Shown: positions 1 to 8,705 of the stretch, piece by piece
Position numbering within the stretch: position 1 is the stretch's first letter
How the letters are laid out: every line of letters starts with the position of its first letter
Source of the DNA: Chitinophaga pinensis
Lineage (GTDB): Bacteria > Bacteroidota > Bacteroidia > Flavobacteriales_D > Crocinitomicaceae
Direction: 5' to 3'
Assembly (NCBI GenBank): GCA_945861175.1
Contig: CAMATR010000001.1
Span: 1-28,567, forward strand
Length of the DNA: 28,567 nucleotides
Notes under the pieces: generated by a model
The model's input: only the letters and a program-made list of their open reading frames with translations
Databases searched by the model: none
What the model was told of the DNA's origin: nothing
Made by a program: the position numbers and the translations under genes

Positions 1-87
1 AGCTTTTAGGGTGGTCAACACCAAAATAGATATACACCCAAAGGAATGATGATTAAAAAATTATTTTAATATCAAAATACACATACT

Positions 88-864
88 ATGAAAGTTGTAA
101 TACTTGCTGGTGGTTATGGAACAAGAATTTCTGAAGAAACGGATACTAGGCCTAAGCCAATGGTTGAAATTGGAGGGAAACCTATTTTGTGGCATATAAT
201 GAAAATTTATAGCCATTATGGATTTAATGAGTTTATTATATGCCTTGGCTATAAGGGCTTTTTTATTAAAGAGTATTTTGCGAATTATTTTTTACATCAA
301 TCAGATTTAACTATTGACTTAACTGACGACTCAAAGTTAGTACATAGTAATACATCAGAAAATTGGAAAATAACCTTGGTTGATACCGGATTAAATACAT
401 TAACTGGTGGGAGAATTAAAAGAGTACAAAAATATATAGGAAATGAAACATTTTTACTTACATATGGCGATGGCTTATCTAATGTAAATATTGAAGAATT
501 AGTCAAGAATCATAACAAAAGTGGGAAAAAATGCACCGTTACTGGAATTAGACCACAAGGAAGATTTGGATTAATGCAAATAGGCGCTAATAATGATGTA
601 GTAAATTTTGCAGAAAAGAAAGATGAAGATAATTCATTAATTAATGGCGGATATTTTGTATGTGCACCAAGTATATTTGATTTTATCAAAGATGATGATA
701 AGACTATTTGGGAAAAAGAACCACTAGAATCACTTGCAAAAAGTGGCGAATTAAATTTACATTTTCATGCAGGTTTCTGGAGACCAATGGATTCATTAAA
801 AGACAAGATGGATTTAAATGAATTATGGAATACCGATAAAGCTGAATGGAAAATTTGGGAATAA
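88..864 (+). CDS. rfbF: Glucose-1-phosphate cytidylyltransferase
   Basis: 258 aa; MKVVILAGGYGTRISEET..RPKPMVEIGGKPILWHIMK, TLTGGRIKRV, LTYGDG, FWRPMDSLKDK; first gene of the rfbF-G-H order. Confidence 0.95.
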   Translation: MKVVILAGGYGTRISEETDTRPKPMVEIGGKPILWHIMKIYSHYGFNEFIICLGYKGFFIKEYFANYFLHQSDLTIDLTDDSKLVHSNTSENWKITLVDTGLNTLTGGRIKRVQKYIGNETFLLTYGDGLSNVNIEELVKNHNKSGKKCTVTGIRPQGRFGLMQIGANNDVVNFAEKKDEDNSLINGGYFVCAPSIFDFIKDDDKTIWEKEPLESLAKSGELNLHFHAGFWRPMDSLKDKMDLNELWNTDKAEWKIWE

Positions 865-1946
865 TGAAAATGCAATTAAATACATATTTCAGCAAGCGAG
901 TTTTTGTAACTGGTCATACTGGGTTCAAGGGCTCTTGGTTTATTAAAATTTTAAACGATTTGGGTGCTACACTTAAGGGGTATGCACTTTCACCAGAAAA
1001 CGAATTAAATTTATATACAGAAATTAAAGGCGATTCATTATGTGAATCAGTCATAAGTGATTTAAGAGATAAGGCTGCCTTAAAAAAAGCAGTATTAGAC
1101 TTCCAGCCAGATTATATATTCCACTTGGCTGCACAGCCATTAGTTAGACTATCTTATGAGATTCCATCAGAAACTTTTGAAATTAATGTCATTGGTACAG
1201 CAAACTTATTAGACGCTATAAAACTCTTAGATAAGAAATGCAACATTGTTTTAATTACTACGGACAAGGTTTATCATAATAACGAATGGGAATATCCATA
1301 CAGAGAAAACGATAGATTGGGCGGCTATGATCCTTACAGTGCTAGTAAAGCATGTTGTGAATTAGTAATTGACTCCTATAGGAATTCGTTTTTTAATCCA
1401 TCAAAATATAATCACCATCAAAAAGCGATTGCTGTTGCAAGAGCTGGTAACGTAATTGGTGGAGGTGATTGGTCAAAAGATAGACTTATACCAGACATCG
1501 CTAAATCTTTAAGTAAAGATGAAGAAATAATTATTAGAAATCCTAATTCCATAAGACCATGGCAACATGTAATTGAACCTTTGTTTGGATATCTGGAATT
1601 AGGGAGACAGCTAAATGATTATCCTTTAAAATACTCGCAGGCATATAATTTTGGCCCAAATATATATGATGCTATTTCTGTTGAAGATGTGGTAAAGAAA
1701 TCAATACAGTGTTGGGGAAGAGGTGCTTATAAAATTCAAACAAATAATGATAATCAGCACGAAGCTGGGTTATTAAAACTTGATATTAGTAATACTTTGG
1801 CCAATTTAACTTGGAGGCCGATTTTTAATTCACAAATCGCAATTGAAAGAACAATAAACTGGTATAAAAATTATTACACTAGCAATAACGCAGCTGTTAT
1901 AATGCAATCAGATATTGAATATTATAACAGCTTAATTAATGAGTAA
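864..1946 (+). CDS. rfbG: CDP-glucose 4,6-dehydratase
   Basis: VTGHTGFKGSW, HLAAQPLVRLSY, ITTDKVY, DPYSASKAC, ARAGNVIGGGDW..DRLIPD, RPWQHV, HEAGLLKLD. Start placed at ATG 864 (TAATG overlap with the rfbF stop); the ORF track starts at 846. Confidence 0.93.
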   Translation: MKMQLNTYFSKRVFVTGHTGFKGSWFIKILNDLGATLKGYALSPENELNLYTEIKGDSLCESVISDLRDKAALKKAVLDFQPDYIFHLAAQPLVRLSYEIPSETFEINVIGTANLLDAIKLLDKKCNIVLITTDKVYHNNEWEYPYRENDRLGGYDPYSASKACCELVIDSYRNSFFNPSKYNHHQKAIAVARAGNVIGGGDWSKDRLIPDIAKSLSKDEEIIIRNPNSIRPWQHVIEPLFGYLELGRQLNDYPLKYSQAYNFGPNIYDAISVEDVVKKSIQCWGRGAYKIQTNNDNQHEAGLLKLDISNTLANLTWRPIFNSQIAIERTINWYKNYYTSNNAAVIMQSDIEYYNSLINE

Positions 1947-3282
1947 AAATATTGAAATATTAAAAGGAGTTGATTTTAATAATTTGAATGATGAAAATCT
2001 AAAGAAATTATTAATAGAAAAATTTAGTAAAAACATCAATAAGCCAATTATCCCTGGTGAAAGTTATATACCCGTTTCAGGAAAAGTTTTAGACGAGGAT
2101 GATATTTTATGGGGAATAGAATCAATGATGGATGCATGGTTAACGGCTGGTAGATTTTCTCTTAAATTAGAAAGAGAGTTAGCAAAATATTTTGGTAGCA
2201 GATTTTCTTTATTGGTAAACTCTGGTTCATCAGCTAATCTCCTGGCATTTTATACGTTAACATCCACTAAGCTGTTAGAGAGAGCCATTAAACCAGGAGA
2301 TGAAATAATTACAGTTGCTGCTGGTTTTCCAACAACAATTAGTCCGATGATTCAATTTGGATGTATCCCTGTTTTTGTAGATGTAGATATACCAACTTAT
2401 AATATAAAAGTAGAAGATATTGAAAAGGCAATATCACCTAAAACAAAAGCAATTATGATTGCACATGCTTTAGGAAATCCATTTAACCTTAGTGTTGTGA
2501 TGGCAATTGCAAAAAAATATAATTTGTGGGTAGTTGAAGATAACTGTGATTCACTCGGAGCAACTTATGAAGGTAAAAAAACCGGAACTTTTGGTGATTT
2601 AGCAACTTTATCTTTTTATCCTGCTCATCATATTACAATGGGAGAAGGGGGTGCGGTAATGATTAATAATGCATCCTTAAAGAAAATTTCTGAAAGCTTC
2701 AGAGACTGGGGAAGAGACTGTTGGTGTGCACCGGGAAAGGAAAATACATGTGGTGAAAGATTTTCTTATAAATTGGGTGATTTGCCTGAAGGCTATGACC
2801 ATAAATATATTTATTCACATATTGGCTTTAATTTAAAAGTAACTGATATGCAAGCAGCAGTTGGTTTAAGCCAGTTAACTAAAGCAGATTATTTTGTTGC
2901 AAGAAGAAAAGAAAATCATAAAATCCTTTCAGAAATGTTCAAAGAATTCGAAGAACATTTTATTCTTCCAAAAGCAACTGTAAATTCAGATCCAAGTTGG
3001 TTTGGATTTATGTTAACAATTAGAGAAGGAAGTACAATTGAACGTAATAAATTTGTTGAGTATTTAGAACAAAATAAAATTGGAACCAGATTATTCTTCG
3101 GAGGTAACTTATTAAGACAACCAGCCTACTCAACTATAAATTATCGTAAAGTTGATGATTTAAAAAATACAGACACTATTATGAATAATACATTTTGGTT
3201 GGGGGTTTGGCCGGGATTAAAAACTGAACATTTTAAATATATTACTAGCATAGTTAGAAAATATATAAACGAGATTAAATGA
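1939..3282 (+). CDS. rfbH: CDP-4-keto-6-deoxy-D-glucose 3-dehydrase (E1/DdhC)
   Basis: 447 aa PLP/PMP fold; SFYPAHHITMGEGG with His230 at the aminotransferase Lys position; GRDCWC...NTC Fe-S Cys cluster; YDHKYIYSHIGFNLKVTDMQAA; GTRLFFGGNL. Confidence 0.93.
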   Translation: MSKNIEILKGVDFNNLNDENLKKLLIEKFSKNINKPIIPGESYIPVSGKVLDEDDILWGIESMMDAWLTAGRFSLKLERELAKYFGSRFSLLVNSGSSANLLAFYTLTSTKLLERAIKPGDEIITVAAGFPTTISPMIQFGCIPVFVDVDIPTYNIKVEDIEKAISPKTKAIMIAHALGNPFNLSVVMAIAKKYNLWVVEDNCDSLGATYEGKKTGTFGDLATLSFYPAHHITMGEGGAVMINNASLKKISESFRDWGRDCWCAPGKENTCGERFSYKLGDLPEGYDHKYIYSHIGFNLKVTDMQAAVGLSQLTKADYFVARRKENHKILSEMFKEFEEHFILPKATVNSDPSWFGFMLTIREGSTIERNKFVEYLEQNKIGTRLFFGGNLLRQPAYSTINYRKVDDLKNTDTIMNNTFWLGVWPGLKTEHFKYITSIVRKYINEIK

Positions 3283-4349
3283 AAAGACTACTAGTAGAAG
3301 ATTTAGAACACATACTGAAACATACCCAAAGCCTTTGGGATGAGGTAAGAGGTAAAAGAATTTTTATAACCGGGGGAACCGGTTTTTTTGGCAAATGGCT
3401 GTTGGAAAGTTTTATTTATATTAATGAAGTTCTCAAACTAGAATCTTCTATTACCGTTCTCTCAAGAAACCCGGAGAAATTTCTTGCCGAATTTCCTTTT
3501 TATGCAGAATACAAAAATGTTTCATTCTTAAAAGGAAATGTGATTGATTTTGAATTCCCAAAAGAACAATATCATTTTATTATCCATGCAGCAACAGAAG
3601 TTGATGTAAAATTAAATACAGAAGAACCGCTGTTGATGCTTGATACAATAACGAAGGGAACACGAAGAGTATTGGATTTTGCAAAAGAACAGCAGGTGGA
3701 ATCGTTTCTATTAACAAGTTCTGGTGCAGTATATGGTAAGCAGCCCTATAACGTTACTCACATAAAAGAAACAGATAGTTTTTTTATAGATATTAATAAT
3801 CCTCATTCGGCCTACGCAGAAGGTAAGAGATTAGCAGAGCTTTATTGTTCTATCTACAATAAGCAATTTGGTATTCCGGTAAAAATAGCCAGATGCTTTG
3901 CTTTTGTTGGACCATATTTACCTCTAGATTCTCATTTTGCAGTAGGCAATTTTATTAAAGACGTTTTGAATGGCGGTCCGTTGATTATTAAAGGTGATGG
4001 TAATTCGTATAGGTCATATTTATATACATCTGATTTAATGGTATGGTTGTGGACAATATTATTTAAGGGGGTTCAAAATCGACCATATAATGTTGGATCT
4101 TCGTCGGACATGAAAATCAGCGAAATTGCCTCAAGAGTGGCCAGTCTGTCGGGAGAAAGACTTGAAATTAAATTATCGAACGAGAACAAATATTTACTTG
4201 AAACGAATCGGTATATTCCTTCCGTAGATCGTGCCCAAAAAGAACTTGGACTGGTTCAATCGGTTGATCTGAATGACGCAATCTCTCGAACGCTACTGTG
4301 GAATAAAAGTATTAGACAGAATTCTACGGAATCGCGAAAATTAATCTAA
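3279..4349 (+). CDS. NAD-dependent epimerase/dehydratase (extended SDR); probable reductase of the CDP-dideoxy/branched-sugar pathway
   Basis: ITGGTGFFG, SSGAVYG, YAEGK (YxxxK), ARCFAFVGP, RSYLY; ATGA-coupled to rfbH. The exact reaction is inferred from context only. Confidence 0.75.
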   Translation: MKRLLVEDLEHILKHTQSLWDEVRGKRIFITGGTGFFGKWLLESFIYINEVLKLESSITVLSRNPEKFLAEFPFYAEYKNVSFLKGNVIDFEFPKEQYHFIIHAATEVDVKLNTEEPLLMLDTITKGTRRVLDFAKEQQVESFLLTSSGAVYGKQPYNVTHIKETDSFFIDINNPHSAYAEGKRLAELYCSIYNKQFGIPVKIARCFAFVGPYLPLDSHFAVGNFIKDVLNGGPLIIKGDGNSYRSYLYTSDLMVWLWTILFKGVQNRPYNVGSSSDMKISEIASRVASLSGERLEIKLSNENKYLLETNRYIPSVDRAQKELGLVQSVDLNDAISRTLLWNKSIRQNSTESRKLI

Positions 4350-4362
4350 ATCCAGGAACACC

Positions 4363-4737
4363 ATGGAATCGATGATAAAATTCTCAGATTATCTCGCACG
4401 CTTCTTGAGCGATAAAGGTATTAAAATTGTTTTTGAGCTTTCGGTCGGGATGATAACGCATATTCTGGATTCAATTTCCACCAAAACAAATATTCAAATA
4501 ATATCTGTCCATCATGAACAAGCTGCCGCTTTTGCTGCTGATGCAACAGGCAGAGTTAGTGGTAGACCGGGAGTTGCGTTGGCGACAAGCGGACCAGGTG
4601 CAACAAATTTACTTACTGGTATTGGTAGTTGCTATTTTGATTCTGTTCCCGCTTTATTTATTACCGGTCAGGTGAACACTCATGAAATAAAAGGTGAAAA
4701 AAATATTCGACAGTTGGGATTTCAAGAAACAGTTTAA
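4363..4737 (+). pseudogene. Truncated thiamine-pyrophosphate-binding protein (acetolactate synthase/YerE-like), N-terminal 124 aa only
   Basis: HHEQAAAFAADA, ATSGPGATNLLTGI, DSVPALFITGQV, RQLGFQET then an immediate stop; family members are several times longer; AGGA RBS upstream. Confidence 0.85.
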
Positions 4738-4957
4738 AATAACACGGGATGAATTAATTGTTAAACTGAAAGAAGATATGATAGATACGCGTCCTGCTTT
4801 TCCTCAGATCAGCCAATATCCGATGTGGCCTACCGCAATAAGTCCGATAGCAAAACATATTGGGGACAACGCGATAAATCTTCCGAGTGGACATAATCTC
4901 CAGGAAGAACAAATCGAATACATTTGTAACTCTATTAAAACCCATCTTGGTGTATGA
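4733..4957 (+). pseudogene. C-terminal fragment of a DegT/DnrJ/EryC1/StrS (perosamine-synthase-like) aminotransferase
   Basis: RDELIVKLKEDMIDTRPAF..ISQYPMW and NAINLPSGHNL.EEQIEYICNSI are typical DegT C-terminal motifs; the PLP-lysine region is absent; stop overlaps the transketolase ATG (ATGA). Confidence 0.75.
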
Positions 4958-5772
4958 TGAACGAAACAGATCTTAAGCTGTTCGCACGAAATGTGAGAAA
5001 AGAAACTTTGGAGATAGTTTACAAGGCTAAGGCTTCACATATTGGTGGTGCTTTTTCTATGGTTGATCTCTTAACCATTTTATATAACGGTATTTTAAAT
5101 ATCAATCCTCATGATCCACATTGGAAAGATCGGGATCGCTTTCTTTTAAGTAAAGGGCATGCCTGCTCTAGTCTATATACCACACTCGCATTAACGGGTT
5201 ATTTTCCGGTGAAAGATTTACAAAGTTATGGAACAGATGGCAGTATTTATTTGTCTCATGCTAGTCATAAAGTTCCAGGTGTTGAGTTGTCTACTGGAAG
5301 TTTGGGTCATGCACTACCTGTCGGTTGCGGATTAGCACTAGCTGCAAAAAGGAAACAAGAAAACTGGAGAGTCTTTATTCTCGTCAGTGATGGAGAACTT
5401 GATGAGGGGTCAAACTGGGAAGCGATACTTTTTGCGCCACAACATAGGTTGGATAACCTTGTATTGATAGTTGATTATAATAAAATCCAAAGTATGGGTA
5501 ATGTGAAGGATGTTATAGATCTTCATCCGCTTCGAGAAAAATTTCTCGCTTTTAATTGGAATGTGATTGAATCAGATGGACATGATTTTAATCAATTGCA
5601 AAAAGCCTTTTCAGGATTGCCAATTGGTGGTTTAAAACCAACTGTAATTATCGCGCATACTATTAAAGGTAAGGGTGTTCAATTTATGGAGAATAAGTTG
5701 CTTTGGCATTACAAATCACCTTCAGAAAAGGAATATAAAGAAGCTCTAAATCTGCTGGAGAATCTTGAATGA
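4954..5772 (+). CDS. Transketolase, N-terminal (TPP-binding) subunit
   Basis: SHIGG, DRDRFLLSKGHA, STGSLGHAL, SDGELDEGSNWEA...DYNKIQ, TIKGKGV.FME...WHY. Confidence 0.9.
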   Translation: MMNETDLKLFARNVRKETLEIVYKAKASHIGGAFSMVDLLTILYNGILNINPHDPHWKDRDRFLLSKGHACSSLYTTLALTGYFPVKDLQSYGTDGSIYLSHASHKVPGVELSTGSLGHALPVGCGLALAAKRKQENWRVFILVSDGELDEGSNWEAILFAPQHRLDNLVLIVDYNKIQSMGNVKDVIDLHPLREKFLAFNWNVIESDGHDFNQLQKAFSGLPIGGLKPTVIIAHTIKGKGVQFMENKLLWHYKSPSEKEYKEALNLLENLE

Positions 5773-6668
5773 GAACAGCATTTATAACAAAATTAGCTGA
5801 GCTTGCCCGAAAAGATGATTCGATTTTTTTGATTGTTGGTGATTTGGGTTTTTCAGTGGTTGAACCGTTTGCAAATGAATTCCCAGCCAGATTTTTAAAT
5901 GCTGGCATAGCAGAACAAAACATGACAGGTATTGCAGCAGGTTTAGCTAAAGAAGGGTTCAATGTGTTTACCTATTCAATTGGTAACTTTCCAACTTTAA
6001 GGGCAATGGAACAAATCAGATATGATGTTTGCTATCACAACTTAAATGTGAACATAGTCTCGGTCGGCGCCGGATTCGCCTATGGTTCATTGGGTGCTTC
6101 ACATCATGCAACTGAAGATATTGGCATGATGCGGACATTACCAAATATGAGAGTTTTTTCTCCTGGAGATCCCTTAGAAGCTCAATTAGTAACTGAGTAT
6201 GTTGCTAACCATCCCGGCCCAAGTTACCTGCGAATTGGGAAAGCAGGCGAAAGTCTAGTACATAAACCCAATCAGGATATTTCAATTCAAAAAATAATTC
6301 CTGTAATTATTAAAACGAATTCAGATACCGCTGTAATCGCTACGGGAAGTATTCTAAACTACGCTTATGAATATTTAAAAGAAAACCAGGAAAAACCATA
6401 CGATTTATATAGTTGCCCAACTATAAAGCCCATAGATAAAGACTCTCTTGTTAAATTGGCAGAAAAATACAGTCAATTAATTACGTTGGAAGAACATCAA
6501 AAAAGTGCTGGGTTTGGATCGATGATACTCGAGAGTTTTCATGATTTAATGGAAAAATACCCTGATTTTGTCCTTCCGAAAATAAAAAGAATTGCAATTC
6601 CGGATGCATTCATTAATGTTTCCGGGTCACAAACCTTTCTACGACAACAAATGGGATTGATATTTTGA
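5769..6668 (+). CDS. Transketolase, C-terminal (pyrimidine-binding + C-terminal) subunit
   Basis: MRTAF, GDLG, NAGIAEQNM, RAMEQIR, GASHHATEDI, PSYLRIGK, TLEEH...GFGS; ATGA overlap with the N-subunit gene. Confidence 0.9.
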   Translation: MRTAFITKLAELARKDDSIFLIVGDLGFSVVEPFANEFPARFLNAGIAEQNMTGIAAGLAKEGFNVFTYSIGNFPTLRAMEQIRYDVCYHNLNVNIVSVGAGFAYGSLGASHHATEDIGMMRTLPNMRVFSPGDPLEAQLVTEYVANHPGPSYLRIGKAGESLVHKPNQDISIQKIIPVIIKTNSDTAVIATGSILNYAYEYLKENQEKPYDLYSCPTIKPIDKDSLVKLAEKYSQLITLEEHQKSAGFGSMILESFHDLMEKYPDFVLPKIKRIAIPDAFINVSGSQTFLRQQMGLIF

Positions 6669-6725
6669 TTTCAAGATGTTGTGCAGGTTTATTCTCACGA
6701 TTATTAATCCGATAATTATTCAGCT

Positions 6726-7682
6726 ATGCCAAAAAAGGTTCAAATATTTATTCTTACAAAAGATCGTCTGCCTTTATTGAAAAGGTCGCTTAATTCTGTG
6801 TTAGCGCAAACATATAATGAAATACAGGTAATTATTTCTGATAATTCAACAGGTGACCAGACTGAAAATGAGTTGGGTAATCGACACGATCGAGAATTTA
6901 AATATATACGCAGACAACCAAGTTTACCGGTTATTGATCACCATAATATTATTCTTAGCGAAATCACTTCACCATATTTTATGATGTTCCATGATGATGA
7001 TGTGATGCATCCGGAAATGGTACGTACGCTGCTTCAAGAACTCGAAGCAAACAAAGAATTAATTGCTATTGCTTCTAATGCTTGGATTTATAATAACGGG
7101 AAACGGTCAGGATTATTCTTTCGCACGGATAAACAGGACATCACTATTTCCAACCGTGAAGAGATGGCTGAAAAATATTTGTGTGACAAAGACTTTGCGC
7201 CATTTCCTTCCTATTTGTATAGGAAGATCGTTGCAGAAAAGCAACGGATGTTTTTTTCCAGAGGAAGAGAATATTCTGATGCTTCATTCATTATTGACTT
7301 GATTTATCTTGGGAAGGTTTATTTTAAATCGAATCCACTCATGGATTACAATATTATTGCGAATCAAGGAAATCTAACATTTAATAACTTTTGTGGTAGA
7401 ATTGAATTGTCACAATACATTTCTTCAACTACAAGATTTCATAGACGACATCCATATGTAAGAATGTATCGATTATCAAATCTTTATTACGAGTTTAGAA
7501 TTCGATTCATGCTGAATTCTGAAACTATCTTTTCTAAGAGAGATTTAAGAGTGGGATTACTTTTGTTGAGGTACTCACCAGTTCGTTTATTTCCAAGCTT
7601 AATATCTTCTATAGTTAGATACTTAGTTACTCGATATTTATCGGGAAAACGTAGCGATAAATTCGATAAGAAGAAATATTAG
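6726..7682 (+). CDS. Glycosyltransferase family 2
   Basis: ILTKDR..LLKRSLNSVLAQTY, IISDNS, FHDDD (DXD). Confidence 0.85.
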   Translation: MPKKVQIFILTKDRLPLLKRSLNSVLAQTYNEIQVIISDNSTGDQTENELGNRHDREFKYIRRQPSLPVIDHHNIILSEITSPYFMMFHDDDVMHPEMVRTLLQELEANKELIAIASNAWIYNNGKRSGLFFRTDKQDITISNREEMAEKYLCDKDFAPFPSYLYRKIVAEKQRMFFSRGREYSDASFIIDLIYLGKVYFKSNPLMDYNIIANQGNLTFNNFCGRIELSQYISSTTRFHRRHPYVRMYRLSNLYYEFRIRFMLNSETIFSKRDLRVGLLLLRYSPVRLFPSLISSIVRYLVTRYLSGKRSDKFDKKKY

Positions 7683-7760
7683 CAAGAGATGCCATTTTTC
7701 TTATTTAAAATCATAATTAATTGATCAATTGGCTGAGTTTATATTATTACAGAGGACTAA

Positions 7761-8705
7761 ATGGAAAAAAAAGACAAGATTTTTATAGCCGGGCATAATG
7801 GAATGTTGGGTTCAGGGTTATTTCGATATTTGAGAAAGAACGATTATTCGAATCTGTTAACGGCAGACAGGAAATCATTGGATTTACGAAACCAAAATGA
7901 TGTTGATCATTACTTCCAAATTAATAAACCGAATTATGTTTTTTTAGCCGCGGCAAAAGTTGGAGGAATACAGGCTAATATTAATTCTCCGGCTGAATTT
8001 CTGTATGATAACCTGGCTATCCAAAATAATCTTATACATTTTTCATATAAGCATGGGGTAAGTAAACTAATATTTTACGGAAGTTCCTGTATATATCCAA
8101 AGGAATGCCCACAACCAATGAAAGAAGAATATATTTTAGATGGAAAGCTAGAGCCAACGAATGAGGGATATGCAATTGCCAAATTAGCTGGTTACAAATT
8201 AGGAGAGTTTTATAATCGTCAATATGGATTAGAATGTTTAAATCTTATGCCATGTAATTTATATGGCACTAACGATCATTATGATCCAATAAATTCACAT
8301 GTGCTAACCGCATTGACAAAAAAATTTGTTGATGCTGTTGACGAAGGAAAGAAAGAAGTAATTTTGTGGGGTTCAGGTATCGCCAAAAGAGAATTTATGC
8401 ATGTTGACGATTTAGTTGAAGCCACTTTCTTTTTGATGGATAAATGGAAAACCTCAGAAATTATTAATGTTGGTGTGGGTATCGATATTACAGTGAAAGA
8501 CCTTGCTGAATTGATTGCATTGAAGGTCGGATATGGTGGAAATATTGGATGGGACACGTCAAAACCTGATGGAATGCTCAAAAAATGTCTCGATATTTCA
8601 AAACTTAATAATCTTGGTTATAAACACAAAATTTCCTTTGAATCTGGGGTCGAAAGAACAATTATTGAATATAGAGATTTGAAAAAGAAAGGACATATTT
8701 TGTGA
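7761..8705 (+). CDS. fcl: GDP-L-fucose synthase family epimerase/reductase (Fcl/WcaG; probably ColC-type given the adjacent colD)
   Basis: AGHNGMLGS, AAAKVGGI.AN, GSSCIYPK, LEPTNEGYAIAK, MPCNLYG.ND, WGSGIAKREF.HVDD, KPDG; GAGG RBS upstream. Confidence 0.9.
   Translation: MEKKDKIFIAGHNGMLGSGLFRYLRKNDYSNLLTADRKSLDLRNQNDVDHYFQINKPNYVFLAAAKVGGIQANINSPAEFLYDNLAIQNNLIHFSYKHGVSKLIFYGSSCIYPKECPQPMKEEYILDGKLEPTNEGYAIAKLAGYKLGEFYNRQYGLECLNLMPCNLYGTNDHYDPINSHVLTALTKKFVDAVDEGKKEVILWGSGIAKREFMHVDDLVEATFFLMDKWKTSEIINVGVGIDITVKDLAELIALKVGYGGNIGWDTSKPDGMLKKCLDISKLNNLGYKHKISFESGVERTIIEYRDLKKKGHIL

Noticed and set aside
1-87. Possible 3' end of an upstream epimerase gene (LLGWSTPK* in one frame, TKIDI in another)
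   Set aside because: Too short to identify and the frames disagree.
4694-4732. ORF-track start giving an intact 87-aa protein at 4694
   Set aside because: The first ~13 codons are an alternative-frame reading of the TPP gene; only sequence after ~4733 is aminotransferase-like.
4954-6668. Housekeeping pentose-phosphate transketolase or DXP synthase
   Set aside because: Split short form translationally coupled inside a sugar-nucleotide cluster; a housekeeping role cannot be excluded but nothing in the context supports it.
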